Source of the DNA: Escherichia phage vB_Eco_mar004NP2
DNA length: 64,000 bases
Strand: one strand, 5' to 3'
Sequence record: NC_048205.1
The position numbers and the translations under genes were made by a program. Of the stretch, positions 55,784 through 64,000 are shown piece by piece. The notes beneath the pieces were generated by a model, which was not told the origin of the DNA, ran no database searches, and worked only from the letters and a program-made list of their open reading frames with translations. Every line of letters begins with the position of its first letter. Positions within the stretch are counted from its first letter, which is position 1.

Positions 55784-56278
55784 TTAAACTACTTGTAATG
55801 TTTCAATATTGAAACATCGTTTCAATTCGTCATGCAAAACAGCGTATTCATCCCATCGGGTACTATCAGGGATATAAACAAGCTGTTTTAGTCGGTTTGC
55901 GTATATTACCGCTTTATTTCCGATTATTTCAGCGCCACCATATTTAATAATTAATTTCATGACGGAATTAATAGGATCGCCGCCGTTTACATATGTGCCG
56001 GATTTACTTAATTGATAATGATAAAGGCTTGCATATACATTATCATTCTCATACCATTCGCCCGTTTCCTCATCTTCATAGCCATCGCTACCAAAACGAG
56101 AAGCATTATCAACAGCCATTTCATGAGCGAAAGCGTCGAGATCCGTACCAGCAGGAACAAAATATTCCTCAGTATTCCCTTCACCGCAATAGCCAGTATG
56201 ACAATCGACCAAAATGATCATATCATGTTTAGCCTTGCTCACTTCCCCTAGCGAAAACCCATATTTTTCCTCAGCCAT
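55784..56278 (-). CDS. hypothetical protein (pre-early-region operon)
   Basis: 164 aa, AGGAGG RBS. Confidence 0.6.
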   Translation of the reverse strand: MAEEKYGFSLGEVSKAKHDMIILVDCHTGYCGEGNTEEYFVPAGTDLDAFAHEMAVDNASRFGSDGYEDEETGEWYENDNVYASLYHYQLSKSGTYVNGGDPINSVMKLIIKYGGAEIIGNKAVIYANRLKQLVYIPDSTRWDEYAVLHDELKRCFNIETLQVV

Positions 56279-56343
56279 TTATTAGCCTCCTATTAATTAA
56301 TAAGGGAATAGTAAAGCGGGGAAACAATCCCCGCTAAATATTA

Positions 56344-57336
56344 TTACTCGCTTTCGGTGCTAGTGGTAAAAGTAGAAATATCGATACCTTTCACCATTTC
56401 ATCAATCATTTCAGCGATGTTAAAACTTTGCACCATTTCTAGCATTGCCGCTTCCATAGCTGCGCCTGCTACCGCTTTCGCTTTCTGGTTATTCGGGGCG
56501 TACTGGTCAACCGCTACGCTCAGCAGGTTAGCAATAACTACCCGACCAATCGGCGTATCAATATAACCTTTAATCATAAACGGCGCTTTTTTAGCCGCTA
56601 CTTTCGTGATTTGAGTCAATGCAATTTTGCCAGCTTCCAGTTTTGCAGCATTTACAACAGCGGATTTATTAGCGGCAACGATATTAGCGATCTTGGTCAT
56701 GGTATTATTTCCTTTGTTTTCAGTAGTTTGAGTGTTAACGCTTTGAGTGTTAGAATTTACAGCATGTTTTTCCGTGTTGTCAATAGGCTGATCTTCCTCC
56801 TTCCAGAAAGAAAAGCCCGCGCTTTCAATATCCCCATCATATACATAAGGGTACACTTCCGACGGTAACAAAAAATTACCGTTATCATCAAAGGCCATTA
56901 CAGCCGCGAAACGATACCCGTCACAATCCGACCGATTCCAGCCAACTGATAAATAACGCCAAAATGAATCAAGAAAATTTTCAATATCATAAAGATCATT
57001 GGGGTTGGCTTCATAATTTTCTATTGAAAAAACTTCTAAGCCTGCCCCAGTATCATAGGCTTTTACTGTGCTACCTTTTACGATTATGAAATCAGTATCC
57101 GGCCCTCGACTAGTGAGCAATTGATAATCTTGATTATATAAAACAAGCGTTGCCCCTTGTTTATATAACGGTAGAAAACTATTCATATCATAGGCATCGA
57201 AATCACCAAAAAAGTTTTGGTGAATAGTTTCAGCCTTGTTAATAAAATGTTTAATGCTGGTTGTTCTGCTACCGTCCAGCAGGTTACGCAGCGCACCTTT
57301 TAAGACGGTTGCGTTATCTGGTTTATATAGCCTCAT
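56344..57336 (-). CDS. hypothetical protein (pre-early-region operon)
   Basis: 330 aa, GAGGGAGG RBS; first gene of minus-strand operon. Confidence 0.6.
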   Translation of the reverse strand: MRLYKPDNATVLKGALRNLLDGSRTTSIKHFINKAETIHQNFFGDFDAYDMNSFLPLYKQGATLVLYNQDYQLLTSRGPDTDFIIVKGSTVKAYDTGAGLEVFSIENYEANPNDLYDIENFLDSFWRYLSVGWNRSDCDGYRFAAVMAFDDNGNFLLPSEVYPYVYDGDIESAGFSFWKEEDQPIDNTEKHAVNSNTQSVNTQTTENKGNNTMTKIANIVAANKSAVVNAAKLEAGKIALTQITKVAAKKAPFMIKGYIDTPIGRVVIANLLSVAVDQYAPNNQKAKAVAGAAMEAAMLEMVQSFNIAEMIDEMVKGIDISTFTTSTESE

Positions 57337-57607
57337 TTGTTGGCCTCCCTCGTTAATCGGTGAGTGAATGATAAAGGCAATTTTCTAGCATAGGCAAATA
57401 TTATTTTACCTTTTTATTTTCCTTGCCTAGCGCCTAGTTTTATGCTAACCGCGCAGCGGTACAGTAAAGAGCAAAACACGGTGAAGCCACCAGGGCGACG
57501 GGTGAAGGCTTCACTTTAATATTACCCCACCGCATTTAGCTCGTTAGAAAGCGTTTTAGGCCGCCTAAAATTGATTGCAGTTGTTAACACTACCTTTTTA
57601 CCCTGTA

Positions 57608-57710
57608 TATTTATACAGTAGGATAACATGTGGATAAGTCTGTGGATAAGTCCTTATATCGTCGCCTATCGTGTCAAATCATTTTGTGCTGTTAATAAAC
57701 TTGTGGATAA
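57608..57710. promoter_or_regulatory. DnaA-box cluster and right arm of inverted repeat
   Basis: TGTGGATAA at 57629, 57641, 57702; CTGTATATTTATACAGTAGGATAA mirrors 54.1 kb copy. Confidence 0.6.
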
Positions 57711-57993
57711 CTTAAATGATAGTGGTTCTCACTTAGGACGATAGTTTCTTATAGTTATTATTTCTATCGGTTACGATTTCTTATAATTATTATTTCTCAT
57801 TAATTTATAAGTATATTATATATCATGAAATAGTTAGTTGGCTAATGAGATTTTCCGTGATTAATAGTCTGCTAACAGTTCCGGCTGTTACAATCCACCA
57901 GCATGATTATCATCCTAGCAACTATTAGTCTGCTATCTTTCCGATGCATACTAACAAATAAAAGTCAATTAATTTATTTCATAAAATAAGTAG

Positions 57994-58069
57994 TTATCCA
58001 CTGGAAAATAAAAGTCAAGTGGATAACTAGGAAAATTTCATTTTTGCTTTTGGGGATAAGTTATCAACA
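57994..58069. promoter_or_regulatory. additional DnaA-box-like sites
   Basis: TTATCCACT, AGTGGATAA, TTATCAACA near-consensus boxes. Confidence 0.45.
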
Positions 58070-58482
58070 AGGCTAGAATGCGCCTAAAACGCCCTATAAC
58101 GCGATGAAGTTTTTAGCCATGCCATTGCATTGCCTACCCTCGTTTATCGCTACCACGAGCTTTTTAGTTTTTGTCAAGTAGGGCAAGGCAAATATAAATG
58201 AAAAAATTACTTGCCAACCTGCTGGGTTTTATGGTATTCGCGCGCCCGTTTCCTTTAATTTTAGTGCGCCGCGCCCAGGTCGCCGCACGGTGTCCGGTGG
58301 CATTTTGTCTTTACGTTTCTTTACAAAAATAAGGTTGCGCCATTTTTACTATTTGCTATTATTTATCTCGTAGGGCGGCAATGACGAACTACACGGCGGG
58401 AAGTTTACCGCCGCGCTCTTTAAAAATTGGGTACATCTTAAAGTCTATCGGCGGTAAACTTATATTATAAGGAATCGCAGAT

Positions 58483-58686
58483 ATGAAACAAACTTTATTG
58501 ATCACTGGTAAACCAGCTAAAAAATTAGATGGTACTACTAAAAAATTGTTGACAATAGCCCAGCAATCCGTAAAATACCGATTTGCTCAGTACAAGAAAG
58601 GCCGCCAGCAGGGTTTAGAAATGATCTGGCGTAATATTATGATCGACCTGAAAGAAAATCATAAAAAACTGCAAAAAACAGTTTGA
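58483..58686 (+). CDS. hypothetical basic protein
   Basis: 67-aa ORF with AAGGAA RBS. Confidence 0.5.
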   Translation: MKQTLLITGKPAKKLDGTTKKLLTIAQQSVKYRFAQYKKGRQQGLEMIWRNIMIDLKENHKKLQKTV

Positions 58687-58916
58687 CACCCTAGCCGATA
58701 GGCTTTAAGATGTACCCAGTTCGATGAGAGCGATAACTTGATACAATTTGACGGTTAGGTGATTCCCCATAAATCATCCTGCCCCCTAACTGGGATATAG
58801 CAGCCTGCGTGGAGTTCCTTAAATTGATTATAGCGGTGAGCGGATTGTTGCTTATTACCTGCTACTTTCTAGCAGGTAATGCGGAACAATCCCCTAAATA
58901 ACTTGGAGTTTATACT

Positions 58917-59168
58917 ATGCAAAACGTTATTACCGCGCCTAAAATTGGTCAATCCGTTTTTATTCCTTTCGTTACTAAAACGGATGAACTAACCGGAAAA
59001 GCCGAACGTATTAAAGGTGCGGCGCTTATGCCGTTTGATACAATCGACGCGGTATACGCTGAAAATGAACGTAGTAACAACGGCAAAACCGTTTTTAGCG
59101 TTCGCGTTAAATCCGGCGACGTTGTAAAGGTTGTACAGCGTAACGAAAAATGGGAAGCTGTAGCGTAA
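58917..59168 (+). CDS. hypothetical protein
   Basis: TGGAGTTTAT RBS context; hairpin follows. Confidence 0.55.
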   Translation: MQNVITAPKIGQSVFIPFVTKTDELTGKAERIKGAALMPFDTIDAVYAENERSNNGKTVFSVRVKSGDVVKVVQRNEKWEAVA

Positions 59169-59264
59169 TAGTGTTACTTTTATATCCCCCAGTAGTTCGG
59201 GGGATATAACGATTAACATTATGTTAATCTTATCCCTTAAATTAAACTAATAGGAGTTTTTACC

Positions 59265-59672
59265 ATGACTAACGTTAAAACCGCAAAATTTGCTTGGAAT
59301 GAAGAAAACACTCAAAAAGCTGTTTCTATGTACCAGCAGTTAATTAATGAAAACGGTTTAGATTTCGCAAATAGCGACGGTTTAAAAGAGATTGCAAAAG
59401 CAGTGGGCGCGTCTTCTCCCGTGTCTGTTCGCTCAAAATTGACCAGCGCAAAAGCGTATCAGAAAAGCGATAAGCCTCGCAAAGTTGGCGGCGGTAGCTC
59501 AATCCGCAAAGCTCACTATGTACGCGTTATCGCTAAACATGCTATTGATTCCGGCATTATTAAAGACGCCGACGATCTGGCAAGTCTGGAAAGTGCAAAA
59601 CTTGAAACGCTGGACGCCGTAGCGCAACTGTTAGGCGTTGCCGATGAAGTAAAACAGGCCGCAGGTGAATAA
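59265..59672 (+). CDS. hypothetical protein
   Basis: AGGAGTTTTT RBS context. Confidence 0.55.
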   Translation: MTNVKTAKFAWNEENTQKAVSMYQQLINENGLDFANSDGLKEIAKAVGASSPVSVRSKLTSAKAYQKSDKPRKVGGGSSIRKAHYVRVIAKHAIDSGIIKDADDLASLESAKLETLDAVAQLLGVADEVKQAAGE

Positions 59673-59728
59673 ATTTAATTAGTGGGGAATATTCCCCACT
59701 ATAATTTCCCTTTGACTGGAGTTTTAAA

Positions 59729-59926
59729 ATGATCTTTTACCCCACTGAATCGTTAATTTTAGGCTTATTTATTATGGCGGCCTCGTTATTATTCGCTTAT
59801 TTTCAAAATGATTTAGACTCATATTATTTTAAACGTAAGTCTAAATTGGCAAAGCGTTTAGGTCTGATTTGTTTTATTGCCGCCATTGCTTGTGGTGTTA
59901 GTTCTAGCCTTATGCCTTTAAATTAA
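59729..59926 (+). CDS. hypothetical membrane protein
   Basis: Two TM helices; TGGAGTTTTA RBS. Confidence 0.5.
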   Translation: MIFYPTESLILGLFIMAASLLFAYFQNDLDSYYFKRKSKLAKRLGLICFIAAIACGVSSSLMPLN

Positions 59927-60023
59927 TGTTGCAAATTATAACGCCTATTATTCAAGGCGTTATATTTGGCAATATTTGCCAATAACAAACGTTTTTTAAT
60001 CCCTTTAATGGAGTTTTATTAAT

Positions 60024-61688
60024 ATGATTATTTCCGCAGAAAAACAAACCGTTATCCTGAAAATGGCCGCTGACTTTAATTTCTATGGTAAACGTCTGCG
60101 CGCTACTAAACTGGAGGTCTGCGACGATATATCAAAAGCGGTCTACGATACAACAAAACACTCGACCGCTATCTGCGACTGGTTGGAAGCAAATAAACCA
60201 GCTAAACCGAAAGCGGCGAAAGTAGCAAAAGCCATTAAAAACGATGAGCGTCCAGAAGCGGCGGGGATTGTTTCTAGCACGGTTGAGCAATGGGAAGTAA
60301 AGCAGGGTAAACGCTTTATTATTACGTCGATTCAGAATAATACTTTCCCGCATAAAAACTTTTTAGCCTCATTGGAGCAATTTGCTAAATATATCGGCGC
60401 TGATTTGCTGGTTAGCAAGTTTATTTATAACAAAAACGGTTTTCAAAATGGCGAGGGTGCAGAAGGAATAAAATATGATTCCGCATTTGACAAATATATC
60501 TGCAATAAAAACGTGTTTTTAAATAACCGCCGTTTTGCTTTCATGGCTGAAATTAACGTTTTGCCAACCGCAGATTATCCGCTTTCTGGATTCGCTGAAA
60601 CTGCAACGGCGCTTAATCTGGAAGGTCTGGCAATTGGTCACGCTAAAATTACCGCTGAAAGCGTGCCAGCTTTAAAAGGTGAAGTAGTGCGCCGTATGTA
60701 CTCAACCGGAACGGCAACGCTCAAAAACTACATTCAGCAGAAAGCAGGACAAAAGGCCGAGGCGCTGCATAACTTCGGTGCGCTAATTGTCGAGTTCGAC
60801 GAGGACGGGGAATTTTTTGTACGCCAGCTCGAAACGATGGACGAAAGCGGGGTATTTTATGATCTGAATGTGTGCGCTACTCCTGCCGGATGCTATGAGA
60901 CATCGGGGCATGTTTTAGGCTTGCAATACGGCGATATTCACGCAGAAAAACTAGATGATGATTGTGCCGTTGCGTCATGGGCTGGCGAAAATAGCTTGCT
61001 TGATATTCTCAAGCCTAAATATCAGTTTATCCATGACGTGCATGATTTTACATCACGCAACCATCACAACCGCGCATCCGGTGTATTCCTAGCAAAACAA
61101 TACGCCGCCGGACGTGATAAGGTATTAGATGATCTTATCGATACGGGGCGCGTGCTGGAATCAATGGAACGTGATTTCTCGCAAACAATCATTGTTGAAT
61201 CTAATCACGATTTGGCGCTATCCCGTTGGCTTGATGATCGTAATGCTAACATTAAAGACGATCCAGCAAACGCGGAACTATATCACCGCCTAAATGCCGC
61301 GATTTATGGAGCTATTGCAGAAAAAGACGATACTTTCAACGTGCTAGATTATGCGCTGCGCAAGGTTGCAGGTTGTGAGTTTAACGCCATTTTTCTAACT
61401 ACTGACCAATCTTTCAAGATTGCAGGCATTGAATGCGGCGTACACGGTCACAACGGCATTAACGGCAGCCGTGGCAATCCTAAACAATTTAAGAAATTGG
61501 GCAAATTAAACACCGGACACACTCACACCGCCAGCATTTATGGCGGCGTGTATACCGCTGGCGTAGCTGGTAGTCTGGACATGGGTTACAACGTTGGCGC
61601 GTCAAGCTGGACGCAAACGCATTTAATTACCTATGCAAACGGTCAGCGCACTTTGATTGACTTTAAAAACGGTAAATTCTTTGCGTAA
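60024..61688 (+). CDS. A1-like pre-early protein, calcineurin-like metallophosphoesterase
   Basis: 554 aa; GDIHAE, ESNHD, VHGHNG, GHTHTASIY phosphoesterase motifs; size matches T5 A1 (about 556 aa, from memory). Confidence 0.65.
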   Translation: MIISAEKQTVILKMAADFNFYGKRLRATKLEVCDDISKAVYDTTKHSTAICDWLEANKPAKPKAAKVAKAIKNDERPEAAGIVSSTVEQWEVKQGKRFIITSIQNNTFPHKNFLASLEQFAKYIGADLLVSKFIYNKNGFQNGEGAEGIKYDSAFDKYICNKNVFLNNRRFAFMAEINVLPTADYPLSGFAETATALNLEGLAIGHAKITAESVPALKGEVVRRMYSTGTATLKNYIQQKAGQKAEALHNFGALIVEFDEDGEFFVRQLETMDESGVFYDLNVCATPAGCYETSGHVLGLQYGDIHAEKLDDDCAVASWAGENSLLDILKPKYQFIHDVHDFTSRNHHNRASGVFLAKQYAAGRDKVLDDLIDTGRVLESMERDFSQTIIVESNHDLALSRWLDDRNANIKDDPANAELYHRLNAAIYGAIAEKDDTFNVLDYALRKVAGCEFNAIFLTTDQSFKIAGIECGVHGHNGINGSRGNPKQFKKLGKLNTGHTHTASIYGGVYTAGVAGSLDMGYNVGASSWTQTHLITYANGQRTLIDFKNGKFFA

Positions 61689-61744
61689 ATAATTAATCCC
61701 CTAGCGGCTTGAAATATAGCCGCTATTACAGGAGCTAAATTAGA

Positions 61745-62002
61745 ATGAAAGTTACATTACCCAAAACGCTAGACGAAAAAGCATTTATTTCACCGGATGA
61801 AATGGAATCCGATAAAGTTTACAGCTTCGGGCCTATTCTAGCCGCCAAAACTAATACTGATGGGATTATTACGGTCGATTATCGTGATAATGATATTGTA
61901 CCCTTTGACGATGATGGTGCTTTTTATGAGTGGCTAAGCGATAATAATTTACCCGTAAACGGTGAATTAACGCCGTACCAGATGCAGATTATTATCAAAT
62001 AA
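61745..62002 (+). CDS. hypothetical protein
   Basis: 85-aa ORF with AGGAG RBS. Confidence 0.5.
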   Translation: MKVTLPKTLDEKAFISPDEMESDKVYSFGPILAAKTNTDGIITVDYRDNDIVPFDDDGAFYEWLSDNNLPVNGELTPYQMQIIIK

Positions 62003-62040
62003 ATTAAATCCATTATTAAACTAATTGGAGTTTTATAAAC

Positions 62041-62433
62041 ATGAAAAAGCAAAATATTCCATTTGACCGCGCTCAATCCTCAATTGTTCTGGTTTATTCT
62101 AATGGTGAGCGTTACCACGTCGAGGCGGGGCACGTTATTGATGAATTGCTAGATTTCAATGACGCTTTGCAGGTTACAACATTTGCATATATGCAAGGCA
62201 AACTAACTAGCCATATTAAAGCAAAAGGCGTTTATGTTGACACGGTGAAACAAGAAACGATTATCATCGACGCAGTAAAATCCGGTCTAACCTTTGCAGT
62301 TGTCGCGCCTTGCCCCGCTTGCCTTGATGATCAATTGATTTCTGCAAAAGTATATACTTGTGCGGGGATTCGTTCCCATGTATCAGGTGAGGATGTTAGT
62401 TTTATCGCCGATGCGTTGGCTTATGGTCTTTAA
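62041..62433 (+). CDS. hypothetical pre-early protein (possibly A2-like)
   Basis: 130 aa next to A1-like gene; TGGAGTTTTA RBS; assignment by position and size only. Confidence 0.4.
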   Translation: MKKQNIPFDRAQSSIVLVYSNGERYHVEAGHVIDELLDFNDALQVTTFAYMQGKLTSHIKAKGVYVDTVKQETIIIDAVKSGLTFAVVAPCPACLDDQLISAKVYTCAGIRSHVSGEDVSFIADALAYGL

Positions 62434-62512
62434 TAGTTAATTTATTATTACCCGCTTATAAATAGCGGGTAATGCTGAATTAATCTAATCCCTTAAATGG
62501 AGAACGTAACAA

Positions 62513-63247
62513 ATGAATAAAGCTATCATGAATCTTTCCCGCAGCTTCCCGCATATTTCCCGCGTCATGATTTGGGATTTAGACGGCACTATCATTAATT
62601 CTTTCCATCGTGTAGCACCCTGCTTTGATAGCGAGGGCAATTTAGATTTAAATAAGTATAAAAATGAAGCGTGTAAACACCATTTAATAATGCAAGATAC
62701 TTTATTGCCATTGGTTGAATATATGCGCCAGTGCATGAATGACGCAAATACTTTAAACATTATTTGCACCGCTCGACTGATGAGTAAGTCGGACTATTAT
62801 TTCTTGCGTAAACAAGGGTTGCGCGGTCGTGGTAATAGTAATATCCGCGTATTTTCCCGCGATACACTACACAAATATTTTAAAGCTGATAAGGTTAGCG
62901 AAATATACCACAGCAAAGACGCAGTATATAAATCTTATTATTTTGAATTATTTAAACAGTTATATCCTAACGCTGATTTTACAATGATTGATGATCATAA
63001 AGGCGTGCTATCAGCGGCAGCGTCATACGGATTTAAAACGCTGGACGCACAAGCCGTTAATGATATTCTATCAATCGGCGTGGCATTGATAGGTGAAACC
63101 TTTATTGATGAATCTCTCGACGATGATAATGATTATCAATTCCTAGCTGACCGTTTAAAATTATGCTGGGAAGGTATGACCGAGGAAGAACGCGCAGAAT
63201 ATAGTTGCAGTCCTCAACAATATATTGAGAAATTAAAAGTTGCCTAA
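62513..63247 (+). CDS. dmp: HAD-family 5'-deoxyribonucleotidase (dmp-like)
   Basis: RVMIWDLDGTIIN HAD motif I; 244 aa; pre-early location. Confidence 0.6.
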   Translation: MNKAIMNLSRSFPHISRVMIWDLDGTIINSFHRVAPCFDSEGNLDLNKYKNEACKHHLIMQDTLLPLVEYMRQCMNDANTLNIICTARLMSKSDYYFLRKQGLRGRGNSNIRVFSRDTLHKYFKADKVSEIYHSKDAVYKSYYFELFKQLYPNADFTMIDDHKGVLSAAASYGFKTLDAQAVNDILSIGVALIGETFIDESLDDDNDYQFLADRLKLCWEGMTEEERAEYSCSPQQYIEKLKVA

Positions 63248-63399
63248 CAATTAAAGTTGAAATAGTCACGGTGTGTAATGATACCATGCCGTGACTATTA
63301 GCCTGCTAAGTACCGGGCGGTAATGAGACTCATTCTCATCTGGGGGGCCACTGGACACACCCACGCGTACGTAATCCAAAGAAATTGGCAAAAGTCAAA

Positions 63400-63645
63400 T
63401 TAGCGCATAGAAGGGTCATCAAACCTGTATTCTGGTCTGAACTCACGGAATCTCTTCCGCGACGCCCGAGATCCATCCGACCACTCCCGCTCAAACTCCG
63501 CACGTTTCTCGTCAAACTTCCGCTCCCTTTCCGCAATCTCCCGCGTCACTCCCGCAATATATTTACGATGCTTATTGATTGCCGCAGTCGTCCCGAAAAC
63601 TCCCGTGAGTATCCCGATAATAAAAGCAATTACAATACTAAACAT
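63400..63645 (-). CDS. hypothetical membrane/coiled-coil protein
   Basis: N-terminal TM helix, Arg/Glu-rich tail; GAGAGGG RBS. Confidence 0.5.
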   Translation of the reverse strand: MFSIVIAFIIGILTGVFGTTAAINKHRKYIAGVTREIAERERKFDEKRAEFEREWSDGSRASRKRFREFRPEYRFDDPSMR

Positions 63646-63832
63646 CTAATTCCCTCTCAATTTGCAGAATACGGGTACTATCACAGCGTTGAAGCTCTAC
63701 TAATTTTTCTAGTGCAAATTGTTGCTGCTTTACCTGGGCCTCTAGAGTTTTTAGGCGAACATACGCGGTATAAGAAACAATGAAAATTGCCCAGATTAAT
63801 ATTACTATTAATGTAGCTGCCACTTCCATCAT
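63638..63832 (-). CDS. hypothetical membrane/coiled-coil protein
   Basis: TM helix plus coiled coil; GGAGA RBS. Confidence 0.5.
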   Translation of the reverse strand: MMEVAATLIVILIWAIFIVSYTAYVRLKTLEAQVKQQQFALEKLVELQRCDSTRILQIERELDV

Positions 63833-64000
63833 TTACGTTTCTCCAGCAATAAAGTTTCAATTCTAGCTAAGTGATTATCTAAAATACATTGCCCAATAAT
63901 CACAATCCCTAATAGTGCAATAATTACCCATTCCATTAAATCCACCCCGCCATAGCTGCTAACCAAAAACCTACGAAAATAAAGAATAGGAGAGTTCCGA

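Noticed and set aside
54084-58069. DnaA-box clusters considered as a bacterial chromosomal oriC
   Set aside because: The surrounding genes are phage genes and there is no dnaA/dnaN context; the boxes are interpreted as phage regulatory or replication-related sites

Overview
This window looks like the left ~64 kb of a T5-like siphovirus (Tequintavirus-type) genome, read in reverse orientation relative to the usual T5 map; all calls are hand-made from the sequence and the ORF track, with no searches run. Coordinates 1-11.7 kb carry minus-strand replication and nucleotide-metabolism genes (NAD-dependent ligase fragment, a large primase/helicase-like protein, Sir2-like protein, anaerobic RNR NrdD). 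12-24 kb is a plus-strand early block (PhoH, NrdA, NrdB, DHFR, thymidylate synthase, RNase H, DEDDh exonuclease). 24.3-35 kb is a tRNA cluster of about 26 hand-folded tRNAs interleaved with small ORFs and untranslated structured segments. 35-52.6 kb holds further early genes (GrcA-like glycyl-radical protein, HNH endonuclease, dNMP kinase, ClpP-like protease, holin and a 137-aa L-Ala-D-Glu endolysin, two metallophosphatases). 52.6-54.3 kb and 57.4-58.2 kb are repeat-rich non-coding regions with direct repeats, palindromes and DnaA boxes, flanking a minus-strand operon of unknown genes; 58.4-63.9 kb carries pre-early-type genes (A1-like metallophosphoesterase, dmp-like HAD nucleotidase). About 30 near-identical strong T5-type early promoters are visible. 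The most unusual signals are the inverted-repeat/DnaA-box-bounded unknown operon and several atypical tRNA-like genes, including a possible interrupted tRNA-Leu. tRNA ends are +/-2 nt and anticodons need tRNAscan-SE or ARAGORN confirmation; CDS starts were chosen by RBS inspection.
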